From IMG/VR virus record IMGVR_UViG_3300019487_000028, positions 2,834-66,833 of that record: a DNA stretch of 64,000 nt. The stretch is one strand, 5' to 3'. Made by a program: the position numbers and the translations under genes. Within the stretch, counting starts at the first letter, position 1. Every line of letters starts with the position of its first letter. The notes beneath the pieces are model-generated. The model was given only the letters and a program-made list of their open reading frames with translations, did not search any database and had not been told where the DNA came from. The stretch is from a virus. Positions 33,014-42,704 of the stretch are shown in pieces.

Positions 33014-33895
33014 TCACACCCTCGTGCACTTCGCGCAGGCTCCGTAAGTGTCCGCTCGGTTGTTGAAGTGGTCTTCCCTAAACTTGGAGTACTTCTCGGA
33101 CGAGTAGACGTCTCGGAGGCTCTGCGCCTTCAGGTCTCCGAACCCGTCCGGGTGTCCGGTCGCTTCTCGGGCGAAGTTTCCCAGCGGGTCTAGGCAGCAC
33201 ATCGTCACGATTCCGTCGAACGTGACGTATATCTGCCCCAGGGCTCGTCCGCACGCCTCGGCGTAGTCCACCGTCCTCTCGTTCTCGTTCTCCCCGGCCC
33301 AGTTGGACTCCAGGACTACCTGCCCGTAGCCACCTCCGCTGCGGTGACCCCACCGGTAGTAGAAGCTTCGCATGTCGTCGCTGGTGAAGTTGGTCCCGTC
33401 CATCACGGCCTTGACCTGGATTTGTGGGTGTCCCCTCCTCGGGGTTGACCCTATCGCGTCCTCTATGTTGCGCACTACTCTGTCGAACACCTTGGGCGAA
33501 ACGCCCATGATCTTCGCGTGCTGGTCCGCCCGGACCGCGTTGAGGCTGACGCTGACGCACGACACTCCAGCCTCCGAGGTCTCTAAGAACTTTTTCCTGG
33601 TAAGGGAGAACCCGTTGGTGTAGTAGTCGATGAACCAGTCCGGCCTCTTCTCCCTGGCGTACTTGATCCTCTTGGGGAGCATGGCGTCGAGCAGGGTCTC
33701 CCCTAGCCCCGTGATGCAGAGCTGGTCTATCTTGTCGGACCCGGCGGCCTCGTCGACGATCTTCGTGTACAGTTCCCACGACATGATCCCGGCCGGCCTC
33801 CCGTGGACTTCGTAGTAGGACCTGTCCGTGAGCGGGCAGAAAGTGCACGCAGCGTTGCACCTGCCGCCGACATTTTCCAGTTGGAGGTGGATCAC
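33014..33895 (-). CDS. Radical SAM / SPASM-twitch domain protein
   Basis: CNAACTFC (CxxxCxxC), GLGETLL, and C-terminal C..DG.V..CC.D..CAKC. Confidence 0.9.
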   Translation of the reverse strand: MIHLQLENVGGRCNAACTFCPLTDRSYYEVHGRPAGIMSWELYTKIVDEAAGSDKIDQLCITGLGETLLDAMLPKRIKYAREKRPDWFIDYYTNGFSLTRKKFLETSEAGVSCVSVSLNAVRADQHAKIMGVSPKVFDRVVRNIEDAIGSTPRRGHPQIQVKAVMDGTNFTSDDMRSFYYRWGHRSGGGYGQVVLESNWAGENENERTVDYAEACGRALGQIYVTFDGIVTMCCLDPLGNFAREATGHPDGFGDLKAQSLRDVYSSEKYSKFREDHFNNRADTYGACAKCTRV

Positions 33896-34416
33896 CTCGT
33901 CAGCCTCGCCGGCTTGACCGCCCTGAGACCGAACTCCAGGAAGTCGTCTCCCTCTTTCACGTGCTCAGCGACGAAGTCCCCCTTCCACAAGTGCCTGAAG
34001 TCTGACATCGGGGTAACCCCGACCTCCGAGTACTTCGACTGGTCTAGGAACGTCATTGACCCGGACGTGATGACACGCTTGTGGCTGGGGTCTCCCCACG
34101 CCCACATGCTCTTGTAGCTCGGGCAGGTGCCTACCAAGACCCCGCCGCTCTTGAGAATCCGCCATATCTCGTAGAAGTGGGAGAAGAAAGATACCTCGTC
34201 TCCCTGCCTCCCGAGGTGCTCCAGGATCTCGAACGCCCCGACCACGTCGAAGCTGTACGACTCCAGGGGCCACGGGGTCTTCTCCATGTCCCACACGACG
34301 TCTGGGTTGTGAGCCGGGTTCACGTCGAGCCTGACCAGCTCGTCTGGCTCAGCCAGTCCGACCGGGTAGAGCGGGAACCCAATCCTAGACCCGGCCCCGA
34401 CGAGCAGACCCCTCAC
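33892..34416 (-). CDS. Class I SAM-dependent methyltransferase
   Basis: LLVGAG, D/N at strand 2, FEILEHL, EIWRILKSGG, DPSH. Confidence 0.85.
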   Translation of the reverse strand: MRGLLVGAGSRIGFPLYPVGLAEPDELVRLDVNPAHNPDVVWDMEKTPWPLESYSFDVVGAFEILEHLGRQGDEVSFFSHFYEIWRILKSGGVLVGTCPSYKSMWAWGDPSHKRVITSGSMTFLDQSKYSEVGVTPMSDFRHLWKGDFVAEHVKEGDDFLEFGLRAVKPARLTR

Positions 34417-34466
34417 GCCTCACCTCTCTATCTCCCCAACGTCCCGGCCGTGAGCCGGGAGACCGA

Positions 34467-34781
34467 TCAGTAGTCGTCGCCGGTCTTGCTCTCGCTGCCG
34501 TAGTTCGCCGGTAGCTTCCCGCCGCTGTACTTGCGGACGGCGTCGCGGCTCTGGCCACCACCGTAGCTCATGCCGCCGTTGTTCTCCCTGGTGGCCACCC
34601 CGTCGAGCTTCGTGTGCTCGCGGTCGCACTCGGCCTTGGCCTCCTTCAGGTACTTCGAGAATGAAGACCCTCCGGACTTCTCGGAAGCCGGCGCCCCCAT
34701 GTCGTCGTAAGACTCCTCCTTGACGCTCGGGACCTTCGGCTCCGGCTTCACGTCGTGCGCGTAACCCATCTTCTCCGGCAT
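34467..34781 (-). CDS. Hypothetical protein
   Basis: Plausible codon use and RBS. Confidence 0.5.
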   Translation of the reverse strand: MPEKMGYAHDVKPEPKVPSVKEESYDDMGAPASEKSGGSSFSKYLKEAKAECDREHTKLDGVATRENNGGMSYGGGQSRDAVRKYSGGKLPANYGSESKTGDDY

Positions 34782-34807
34782 GGCTCAAGACCTCCAATAA
34801 AAAGAGT

Positions 34808-35062
34808 CTACCACAGGGCCGACACTGACTTCAGGGCCGCCACCGCCTGGGTCGCGGCCGCGGTCAGCATAGCTCCGCCCAGGAGAGCCACTAGTCCGTA
34901 CGCTATCTTCTGGACCGGCCCGAAGGCGTCCTTAGAGACGAACTTCTCCCCGAGGTCTTCCACGGCCTCTGCTACCTGGTCCACCTTCTCCTTGATGTAC
35001 CGGATCTCCACCCTCGCGGCGTCGACCTGGTCGCAGTGTTCACAGCACGCGGCCGGCATCAC
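34808..35062 (-). CDS. Small membrane protein (holin/XhlA-like)
   Basis: Coiled coil followed by one C-terminal TM helix. Confidence 0.5.
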   Translation of the reverse strand: MMPAACCEHCDQVDAARVEIRYIKEKVDQVAEAVEDLGEKFVSKDAFGPVQKIAYGLVALLGGAMLTAAATQAVAALKSVSALW

Positions 35063-35389
35063 CTACGTCCAGTTCTCGGTCTCGGCTAGCCACAGCCCAC
35101 CGTCCGGGTCGCCGTTGTTCCTCACCGGGACCAGACGGAGGACCGCCCCGGAGTGGCCCCCGCTTCGGAGGTGCGGGGCCTGGTCGCCAGAGCTGATGGT
35201 CTCTCCGCCGAACCCGCTCACGATGCTGTCTCCCGACGCTAGGACGACGCTGACGAGCCCAGCTTGGGTCGCGAGAATCGTTACGTTGGAGCCAAGCAGT
35301 GCGGCCGGGAGGTTGACCGTGATGTTCGCGGAATCAGCGTTCGTGTACACCCGGTGCTGTACCAGGCCCGGCCAGTCTGACAGTGCCAT
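35063..35389 (-). CDS. Virion-associated hypothetical protein
   Basis: GAGG RBS; ITVNLPAA..G beta-rich. Confidence 0.5.
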   Translation of the reverse strand: MALSDWPGLVQHRVYTNADSANITVNLPAALLGSNVTILATQAGLVSVVLASGDSIVSGFGGETISSGDQAPHLRSGGHSGAVLRLVPVRNNGDPDGGLWLAETENWT

Positions 35390-35491
35390 CAGTTCACCTC
35401 AGTGGGGTAGTGGGTGTCCGCCGGGAGACCGCCGAGCCTGGCCCGGAAGGTCTCCCGACGGCTTCGTCCTGTCGTGCGGCGAGGCGCTACC

Positions 35492-35929
35492 CTAGAGGGC
35501 CCTGATCCACGCCTTCTTTTGCGCCACAGCCGGGGTCGTAGCGGTCACGAAGTCCTCCGCGGCGTAGAAGAACCCGTTGGCTCCGGTGGCAGCGGTGGTC
35601 TCCAGGGAGGCCAGGTGGTTCGCGCTGGCCACGGCGATCAGCACGTCACCGGCGTTGATCGAGTTGTTGGTCGAGTTGGTGACGTAGACCTGGCTGTTGA
35701 AGCCGTAGACCTGGAACTTGCCGAAGGCCGAGTCAGCGACGGACTCTGCCGCGACTCCGACCGCCAGCCCGAGGGTGGCGGCGGCGGCCTGGCTGACCCT
35801 CACCCCGTTGACCGAGCTCGTGATGTCGAGGACGGCGATGGCCCCCTGGGAGATGGTCGACGCCTGGACGTTCTGCAGGACCGAGAAGACCTTCTCCGCG
35901 TCGGTGCGGTTGATGCGCTGGAACAGCAT
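35492..35929 (-). CDS. Capsid cement / decoration protein
   Basis: Directly after the MCP; GVAAESVAD.AFG..QVYG pattern. Confidence 0.65.
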   Translation of the reverse strand: MLFQRINRTDAEKVFSVLQNVQASTISQGAIAVLDITSSVNGVRVSQAAAATLGLAVGVAAESVADSAFGKFQVYGFNSQVYVTNSTNNSINAGDVLIAVASANHLASLETTAATGANGFFYAAEDFVTATTPAVAQKKAWIRAL

Positions 35930-36046
35930 GTGTTCACTTCCTCAATGAGCGTTTCACTTGCCCGCGCGCCCAACGCTCTGACCCGACGCGCGGAGTTGGG
36001 TTAACGGGGGCCGGTGCTCTGGCCCCCGCCGTTTTGCTCAGTTCGA

Positions 36047-37105
36047 CTACGAGGACACGGTCAGGTCGATGTTCCCGGCCACGCCCTGCTTCCTGCGGTT
36101 CGAAACCCAGTGCACGCCGTACCAGAGGATCTGGGCCGTGCGCGCGTCCTGGTTCTCCGGCCGGATGAACGGCCCCGGGGCGAAGTTGTGCTCTTTGTCG
36201 AAGGTCACTCCCAAGAACTGCGTGTTGAGCATGAACCACGAGCCCTTGGTGACGGTCGTGGAGCCGTTCTGCACGTCCACGGTGAACTCCTCGGCCACGA
36301 CCGGCTTGCCCTTGAAGAGCAGGCTCTGGAACGGGATGTCGGCCTTCTGGTAGTCCGGGTTGCGGTGCGAGGCCGCGAGGGCGGTCTCGTACAGGTCGAA
36401 GGTGCCCAGGTCGACGATGTGGGCGTCGGGAGACCCTCCCGGGCCCTTGGAGCACTGCGTGTACAGCTCGCGCAGCTGCTTCAGGATGGCCGCGAACGAG
36501 GCGCCGTTGGCGTTCTTGGTCTGGTTCCTCCACCAGGTGTTGGTGTTCTGGTTGATGCTGCCGATGACGGTCGAGGTGGTCGGGGCGAACTTGATCAGCA
36601 GTGGCAGCGGGTCGATGAACACGCTGGCGTTCAGGGGCGAGACGTAGGCGGACGTGACGGACGTGGTGTCGTTCTTGCCCTGGCCCCTCATCAAGGTCTG
36701 GGCGAAGAAGTCCTCGATCCCCAGGAGGGCCTGCTTGGTGCGGAGCTTGAGCAGGTCGAGGACCCTGGTCCCCTGGGCGTCGCGGTTCTGGAACTCCTCC
36801 AGCCCAGAGATGGTCACGTGGCTGGCGGTCTGGCGCCAGTCGAAGAAGGCGTCGGTCACGCCCTCGAACGGCGTGGTGTCGAGCTGGGAGTAGCCGGCGT
36901 AGGAGTCCGAGGCCACGAGCTCGTACATCAGCGGAACGGCGTACTTGGCCCCACCGGAGCTGACGCCCTTCCAGTTGCCCTTCTTCTTGTAGAAGTACAG
37001 CAGCTTGGTCCCGGTGCTGATCTGGTCCTCGATACCCGGACGGATGAGGTCGAGGGTGGTCGTCAGGACCGAATCGTAGATCCGGGTGAGTGTCGTTGCA
37101 GGCAT
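36047..37105 (-). CDS. Major capsid protein
   Basis: 352 aa downstream of the scaffold; HK97-like features (..Y.GY..LDT.P., LLK.R..QA, ENQDA..AQILWYG...SNR). Confidence 0.85.
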   Translation of the reverse strand: MPATTLTRIYDSVLTTTLDLIRPGIEDQISTGTKLLYFYKKKGNWKGVSSGGAKYAVPLMYELVASDSYAGYSQLDTTPFEGVTDAFFDWRQTASHVTISGLEEFQNRDAQGTRVLDLLKLRTKQALLGIEDFFAQTLMRGQGKNDTTSVTSAYVSPLNASVFIDPLPLLIKFAPTTSTVIGSINQNTNTWWRNQTKNANGASFAAILKQLRELYTQCSKGPGGSPDAHIVDLGTFDLYETALAASHRNPDYQKADIPFQSLLFKGKPVVAEEFTVDVQNGSTTVTKGSWFMLNTQFLGVTFDKEHNFAPGPFIRPENQDARTAQILWYGVHWVSNRRKQGVAGNIDLTVSS

Positions 37106-37237
37106 TCTGTCAGTCCTCTCGTCAGAGAGTAGTTAACGCGGGCGGACAAAACTGCTCGCGCGGAGCCCCCGCCCGGGACTGCCCGCGCCTGCTGAACTAC
37201 CTGGCTCTGACGTCGCTGCGTGTCGCCCGACTACCTT

Positions 37238-37363
37238 CCCGCCGGCGCGCCCTGTGGGCGTTGGCTCTCGGGGACGGTGGGGCTGTTCCTGCGACGGCGC
37301 CTGCTCCCGCTCCGTGTCTTTCCCGCCCTCGACCCCGCCGGCGCGCCCTGTGGGCGTTGGCTC
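37238..37363. repeat. 30-bp perfect direct repeat x2 in the MCP leader
   Basis: CCCGCCGGCGCGCCCTGTGGGCGTTGGCTC at 37238-37267 and 37334-37363. Confidence 0.85.
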
Positions 37364-37471
37364 GGCTTCAGGTCTGGCGGCGTGTCACGCGGTCGCCTGC
37401 TGGCCGCTTCCGCTCTCTGTCTCTCTCGCTCCGGCTCAGACCCTCCGGCTGGCGCCGGCGGTCAAATGCTT

Positions 37472-37501
37472 ACGCTACCACGACCATGAGGATGCCGTCA
37501 A
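37472..37501 (-). promoter_or_regulatory. sigma70-like promoter upstream of the MCP
   Basis: TTGACG-18 bp-TAGCGT on the - strand. Confidence 0.5.
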
Positions 37502-37518
37502 GTACCTAGCTGCTGGAA

Positions 37519-38460
37519 CTAGGCCGTACCGCGGTGCTCGGTGGAGGCCATTTCGAAAGCCTTCTCCAGCATCTCGTCGAAGGACAGCCCCTTGAGCTGT
37601 TCCGCCCTGTCAGCCGCGACCTTCGACTCCGACGCCGCGCGGCTAGGCTCCTGCTCTTCCGCAGCCTTCTTGATCCTGTCCGCCACCTGCGCCGTGGCCT
37701 TCTTCCCGCCCAGTTCGGAGCTGGCGATCTGGTAGAGCCTCTTGAGGTATGCCTGCGGGGTGCTCCGCTCCCCGGCGGCGATCTCGTAAGTCAGCTCGGT
37801 CATCCGCTTCTCGACTTCCGGGGTGACGGCGCCCTTCATGGACGCCTTGAACGCCTGGATCTCGGACTCGCTGCTGCTGTCCAGTACGTTCCTGGTGAGC
37901 TCCTCGGCTCTGGCTTGTAGCGGCGCTACGGCGGAGGCCACGACGCTGCGCGACACCTCCTCTATGACCGACCGGACGTCCGCGGCGTACTCCTCGCCGT
38001 ACAGCTTGGCGATCTTGGCGGTGATGGCGTCCTCCACCGCCTTCGTCTCCTTTTCTGGCTTCTGGTCTTCTACCACCCTGAGCCCCACGTGGGCGGCGAT
38101 GGCCTTCGCGGCCTCGAGAGGGTTCGCGCGGATCTGTTCGAGGACCTCCGAGTCCCTGGCGATGGCCTGGAACTTCTTGGTGGCGGCCCTGCTCAGGTTC
38201 TTGTAGACCCTCTTGAGCCGAGGGTCCGCTTTGATGGCCGTCAGGTCCTCGGCGGTGACGGTGAAGACCTCGTCGTCGTCGTCGGCTCCGCCGTCGTCGT
38301 CGTGGAGGTCTTCCTCTCCGTTGTCGACGGTCTCGTCCGCCTTGTCCGTCTCCTGCGAGGTTGCCGGACTCTTCGTCGGCTCGGACTTGGCCTGGTCCGC
38401 CGCTCCGGCGGGGGACTTCTTGTCCGCGGCCTCTCCCTCGACCTTCTCTTCTACGGGCAT
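37519..38460 (-). CDS. Capsid scaffolding protein
   Basis: Acidic disordered N-terminus, long helices, C-terminal SFDEMLEKAFE helix; between portal and MCP. Confidence 0.8.
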   Translation of the reverse strand: MPVEEKVEGEAADKKSPAGAADQAKSEPTKSPATSQETDKADETVDNGEEDLHDDDGGADDDDEVFTVTAEDLTAIKADPRLKRVYKNLSRAATKKFQAIARDSEVLEQIRANPLEAAKAIAAHVGLRVVEDQKPEKETKAVEDAITAKIAKLYGEEYAADVRSVIEEVSRSVVASAVAPLQARAEELTRNVLDSSSESEIQAFKASMKGAVTPEVEKRMTELTYEIAAGERSTPQAYLKRLYQIASSELGGKKATAQVADRIKKAAEEQEPSRAASESKVAADRAEQLKGLSFDEMLEKAFEMASTEHRGTA

Positions 38461-38507
38461 CTTCTTACCTCCTCTATCCCAACAAGTGTGAGTCTAGCAC
38501 AGAACAA

Positions 38508-38714
38508 TCACTGCTTAGTCGGGGTCTTGCCCCCAGCGATGAGTCCGAACAGCCCGCGCTGCTTCTTGGTCAGGGATCTCCCCCGGACCTCCCCGTGCCT
38601 CATGATCTCCTTCGCCTTGGCTTGGCTCAGCCCCTTCTTTCGAGTCTTTCCGCGCAGCTTCCCGCGCATCTTCATCTCGGTGAGCCTGTCGGACAGGGAC
38701 GCCTTCTTCGCCAT
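38508..38714 (-). CDS. Small basic phage protein
   Basis: KAKEIMRHG..LTKKQRGLFG..AG. Confidence 0.6.
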   Translation of the reverse strand: MAKKASLSDRLTEMKMRGKLRGKTRKKGLSQAKAKEIMRHGEVRGRSLTKKQRGLFGLIAGGKTPTKQ

Positions 38715-38721
38715 GCGGTCC

Positions 38722-39027
38722 TCACTTGCCCCCGTTGATCTTGGCCTGGACCTCCATGAGGCGGGCCTTCTTCACCGCCAGGTCCGTCTTGAGGGAGCGG
38801 AGGACCTGATCGGCGGCAGACTTCGGGTTGAAGTTCTTGATGATCTTGTCCGTCTCCTTGATCTCCTTCTCCAGGCGGTCCCGCTCTTCCTTCCTCCAGG
38901 AACTCGGAGTCTCGCCGTGCGGGGCGTAGAAGTCGACCCTGGCCGACACGTCCAGGGAGGGCCTCATCTTCTTCTTCTTCGACTCCGAGAGCCTCGAGGC
39001 CAGGGACGGTTCGGGGTAGTGTGCCAT
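38722..39027 (-). CDS. Hypothetical coiled-coil protein
   Basis: AGGAG RBS. Confidence 0.55.
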   Translation of the reverse strand: MAHYPEPSLASRLSESKKKKMRPSLDVSARVDFYAPHGETPSSWRKEERDRLEKEIKETDKIIKNFNPKSAADQVLRSLKTDLAVKKARLMEVQAKINGGK

Positions 39028-39038
39028 CTGTTTTCTCC

Positions 39039-39989
39039 TCAGAACATTGGCGCCGCGGCCGACCCGTAGAGGTCAGACTGCGCGCGGAAAGCTGGCGCGG
39101 CGCGGCGTCGCTGACGCGACATCGCCTGCCCGAGCGGTGACGTGGGGGTGAAGGTCGGTATCACCGGAGGCGCTGCCGGCTGCTGTGGGGCTGGACTGGG
39201 CGGCTGCTGCTGCGCCGTGTTGAAGATCGTTCCACCGCCTGGCGTCATGGCCCCTGGCTGTATCGGGGACAAAGACCTGGCCGTCGTCGGGAGCATCGGA
39301 CCCGACGGTCCGAGTCCGGTGGGCTGATCGAACGGCCTGTAACCAGCCGTCCCGACGTCGTACACGAGGCCGGTGCCCTCCGTCTGGGCTCCTCCGGTCA
39401 GCAGTGGGTTGCTCCCGAACCCAGAGAGGTCTGTGTATCCCCCGGTAGGCCCCCAGACTATCCCCCCACCGGCCAGAGCCCTCCCCTTGATCCCTGGGGA
39501 CCCGGCGAGCGCCTGTCCTGCTGGGCCAGAGAACATGCCGCTGAGCTGCTGTGCCAGTGGGTTCCTGCCTCCAGAGAACCCGAAGAGTCCCCTCTGGCCC
39601 GTGAACATCTGCTCGAGTTGCTGCTGGAGAGTTAGCGGGGCCGCTGGAGCGGCAGGAGCGCCCGGGGCCGCTCCGGCTCCTCCGGCGCCTCCCGGCTGTC
39701 CGCCGAGCATGGCTGCCGTCCTGGCCTGGGCCTCGGCCTCTGGGATGGCCTGGTTCTGACCCCACGCGGTGAACCCGTCCGGAGCGTTGTCGGGCTTCTC
39801 CACGCAGGTGTTCGCGCTTCCGAAGTTGCCTTGCTTGGCCGTCCTGAACGGCTTGTTGTCGGGGCAGGACGGGTCGTGCCAGCCCTCGGCGACGTAAGCT
39901 TCCCACTGGTCCACCGAGACGGACGGGTCTATGTTCTGCTGGGCCCACTCTGCCAGCTCCCTGTGGTTCTGTCCGCTCGGGCGGTGCAT
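39039..39989 (-). CDS. Pro/Gly-rich hypothetical virion protein
   Basis: Cys-containing N-terminal domain plus low-complexity tail. Confidence 0.55.
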   Translation of the reverse strand: MHRPSGQNHRELAEWAQQNIDPSVSVDQWEAYVAEGWHDPSCPDNKPFRTAKQGNFGSANTCVEKPDNAPDGFTAWGQNQAIPEAEAQARTAAMLGGQPGGAGGAGAAPGAPAAPAAPLTLQQQLEQMFTGQRGLFGFSGGRNPLAQQLSGMFSGPAGQALAGSPGIKGRALAGGGIVWGPTGGYTDLSGFGSNPLLTGGAQTEGTGLVYDVGTAGYRPFDQPTGLGPSGPMLPTTARSLSPIQPGAMTPGGGTIFNTAQQQPPSPAPQQPAAPPVIPTFTPTSPLGQAMSRQRRRAAPAFRAQSDLYGSAAAPMF

Positions 39990-40009
39990 GGTGACAGTCT
40001 ACACTAACC

Positions 40010-40300
40010 CTAGAACATCACGCCTTTCGAGCGGCCGTACCTGCGTCCCCCGAACTCGATCTTGTTCGCCCTCATGATGGCGCGACGCTGCTCTCGTGAT
40101 GTGATGCGAGTCCCGCGGACGACCTCTCCGGCCCCGTTCAGTCCGACGTCGGTCCCTCCCTCGAGGATGTGCTCGTCGACGTAGTCCCGGAACGGCTCGA
40201 ACCCGTACCTACCCGGCCGGTGCTCTCCTCCACCACCGCACCAGGGCCAGTCTCCGACCCGGTAGTCGTTCCCGCACTCGTCACACTTCGTCGTGTTCAC
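40010..40300 (-). CDS. Zinc-ribbon protein (FmdB-like, portal-adjacent)
   Basis: CDECG..WPWC..ITSREQRRAIMRAN. Confidence 0.55.
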   Translation of the reverse strand: MNTTKCDECGNDYRVGDWPWCGGGGEHRPGRYGFEPFRDYVDEHILEGGTDVGLNGAGEVVRGTRITSREQRRAIMRANKIEFGGRRYGRSKGVMF

Positions 40301-40310
40301 TCAGTAGACC

Positions 40311-42290
40311 TCACTGCTGAGGGGGAGCCGCCGCGGGTTGGACGATGGGGCCAGGCTGCGGTTGGGCTTGGTCTGGAGTCGGCGCCCCCGGCCCTGCCGG
40401 GGCGGCTGCGAACTGTGGGCCTCCTGGCCCCGGCTGCTGGGCCTGGGACGGGTTCGGCATCGAACCGGGGACCTGCATGTTCGCCGCGGCGACAAGGCCC
40501 AGGGCCTCCTGGACCATCTTGTGGTCGGCCGAAGACCTGAACCCGAACGTGTCCAGAGCCCTCTTGAGCAGGGTCGGAGCCTTGGCCAGGAGCATCGCCG
40601 CGGCCGGCTGGGAGATCATGGTTATGAGCTGACTCATCTCGGCCCGAGCCTCTTGCTCCGTCACTGGAGACATGGTCTCGATGTCCACCGCTACGTCCCA
40701 GCGGAGCGTGCGGTCGGCCTCCATCAGGTCATCCAGGGTTATCTCCCTGTGCAGCTCGGCTATCTTCTCTGCGTCCCTGGGTGCGCTTGGCGAGTGGAGG
40801 TCTACGTTACGCTTGACCCACATGGGGAGGGTCATCTTGTCTATGGCCAAGTTCATCAGCGCCTTGATGGCGGAGCCGAGCCACTCGGCCACCAGCATCC
40901 GGGCGAAGCTCTCCGTGATCGTCTGCCTCCTGTCCACGATGGCGGCCTGCGTGGCGGTGTCAGACTCGGCCTGCCCGCGAGACTCCCCGGACACGTGGCT
41001 GACCTGGAGCAGGTCCTCTTTCGCGACGGCCAGGGTCCTGACGACCGCCGAGTCGACCAACGGCTGCTGGAGAGGGACCACCACCCCGGTCGGGTCTCCC
41101 TCCACCACGGCATAGACGTTCGGCCCTCCCATCTCCAGCTTCTCGCGCTCCTCCGTCTTCAGCCTGTCGCTGACCAGGTGGCGGGGGTAGACGGTCTTCC
41201 TGAGCCCGCGGAGCATCTCTCTGCTGTCGTTGTACTCGTCCTGCGGGAAGAGCATCGAGTAGATCGGGGGTATCGGGTAGAACTCGTCGGGGTCCTCTTC
41301 TAGCCTGAGGACGTGGAGCAGCATGACGCGGTACTTCTTCTTCAGCAGGAAGTAGTCGTGACCGTCCGCGAGCACGTACCTGGTGTTGTCCCGGAGGCTC
41401 CACACCTTCCAAATTTTCACCATGCCGGACCGCTCGTGCCTGTCCGAGTCCTCGTCCTCCACCGCGTCGAGGTCGTCCGGAGTCGTGGTCGTCTTCGTCA
41501 GAGACGAGTACTCGTTGGCCAGCTTCCCGGACGACTTCAGGCTGGAGGTCCTCCTGTAAGCCGGGGCCTTCTTCACGTCCTCGACGTACATCCACTCGTA
41601 GTAGCCTACCCAGTCGTTGTGTTCCAGCGTCGGATTGCTGTTGACCGAGCACCGGAACGTCTGGGGCGGGATCCTCTTGACGTAGAAGTGCTCTTCTGAC
41701 ACCAGCTTCTCCAGCGAGCTGATGTCGTCGGCGACCTCGTCTAGGTCAGCCGGCTCGTCCTCTGGGGCGAGCTTGGCCGTGCTGCTGCCGAGGTCTTCCT
41801 TGGCCTTCTCGTCCTCGTACAGAGGGGGCCTCTTGAAGGCCGGGTTGTCCGAGAAGACGGCGCTGTACCCGGTCTCCACCACCCCGAAGGCCCAGAAGGC
41901 GTCCTTCATCGCCAGTCGGGTCTGGAACTTGAAGTCGGTCCTCTTGTCCCTGACGATGGTGTTCGCGGTGTCCTGGAGGAGCTGCTTCTTCTCGTCCAGG
42001 GTCGAGTCAGCGGTCTCGCTGATGGCCGGTGACGCGCTGATCCGCACGAAGGGGTGGTTGAAGTACATGCTCGGGATCTGCACCCCTACCGAGGGCTTGA
42101 TGAGGTTGACCACGGCGCGCTCCTCGTCGTGGGCGTCGAGTCGGTCCTCCCCCACCCTCTGGTGTCCCTTCCAGTAGCGCTTGCAGCGAGCGATCTTGTA
42201 GTCCTTGGCCCAGGCGTTGTAAGCCTTTTCGGCCTGGTCGATCCTCTCTCGCCAGCGCTTGACGGCTTTCTTCTCGGACTCTTTGGCCAC
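40311..42290 (-). CDS. Portal protein
   Basis: 659 aa after the terminase; W..RI..A, SGESRG...TATQA.I; Q/P-rich tail. Confidence 0.85.
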   Translation of the reverse strand: MAKESEKKAVKRWRERIDQAEKAYNAWAKDYKIARCKRYWKGHQRVGEDRLDAHDEERAVVNLIKPSVGVQIPSMYFNHPFVRISASPAISETADSTLDEKKQLLQDTANTIVRDKRTDFKFQTRLAMKDAFWAFGVVETGYSAVFSDNPAFKRPPLYEDEKAKEDLGSSTAKLAPEDEPADLDEVADDISSLEKLVSEEHFYVKRIPPQTFRCSVNSNPTLEHNDWVGYYEWMYVEDVKKAPAYRRTSSLKSSGKLANEYSSLTKTTTTPDDLDAVEDEDSDRHERSGMVKIWKVWSLRDNTRYVLADGHDYFLLKKKYRVMLLHVLRLEEDPDEFYPIPPIYSMLFPQDEYNDSREMLRGLRKTVYPRHLVSDRLKTEEREKLEMGGPNVYAVVEGDPTGVVVPLQQPLVDSAVVRTLAVAKEDLLQVSHVSGESRGQAESDTATQAAIVDRRQTITESFARMLVAEWLGSAIKALMNLAIDKMTLPMWVKRNVDLHSPSAPRDAEKIAELHREITLDDLMEADRTLRWDVAVDIETMSPVTEQEARAEMSQLITMISQPAAAMLLAKAPTLLKRALDTFGFRSSADHKMVQEALGLVAAANMQVPGSMPNPSQAQQPGPGGPQFAAAPAGPGAPTPDQAQPQPGPIVQPAAAPPQQ

Positions 42291-42355
42291 TCTGGGGCGG
42301 ACCTCCGGTAACTAGTGTACGACGCTAAGTCCGGTAACGTCCAGGAGTGTGGCCT

Positions 42356-42646
42356 CTACTCTTCCGGCAGTATGTCGACCTGCTCCCTGCTGTGCTTCGG
42401 TCGGCCCTGCCCCGCCCTGGGCTCCTTGGCGTTCGGGATGTAGCTGGCCAGCTCCCTGACCGCCTGCTCGAGGTCGTTGAGCCTCCTGTGTGCCCACCTG
42501 AGGATCCTCTGGTCCACGGCCACCAGCAGCGGCGGGCGCGACCTGTCGAAGTTGCTCTTGCGGTCCTCGATCTCGATCTCCCTGGCCGCGACCGTGAGCT
42601 GGTACCACTCGGCGTCGGTCAGGTCTTCGTGCTTCTTGTCGCTCAT
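42356..42646 (-). CDS. Hypothetical protein
   Basis: GAGG RBS. Confidence 0.5.
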   Translation of the reverse strand: MSDKKHEDLTDAEWYQLTVAAREIEIEDRKSNFDRSRPPLLVAVDQRILRWAHRRLNDLEQAVRELASYIPNAKEPRAGQGRPKHSREQVDILPEE

Positions 42647-42704
42647 CGTCTTGTTTCCCTCACTTTTACACCCTACCGTCTCAAGGAGAAGGCTACCACA
42701 CCTC

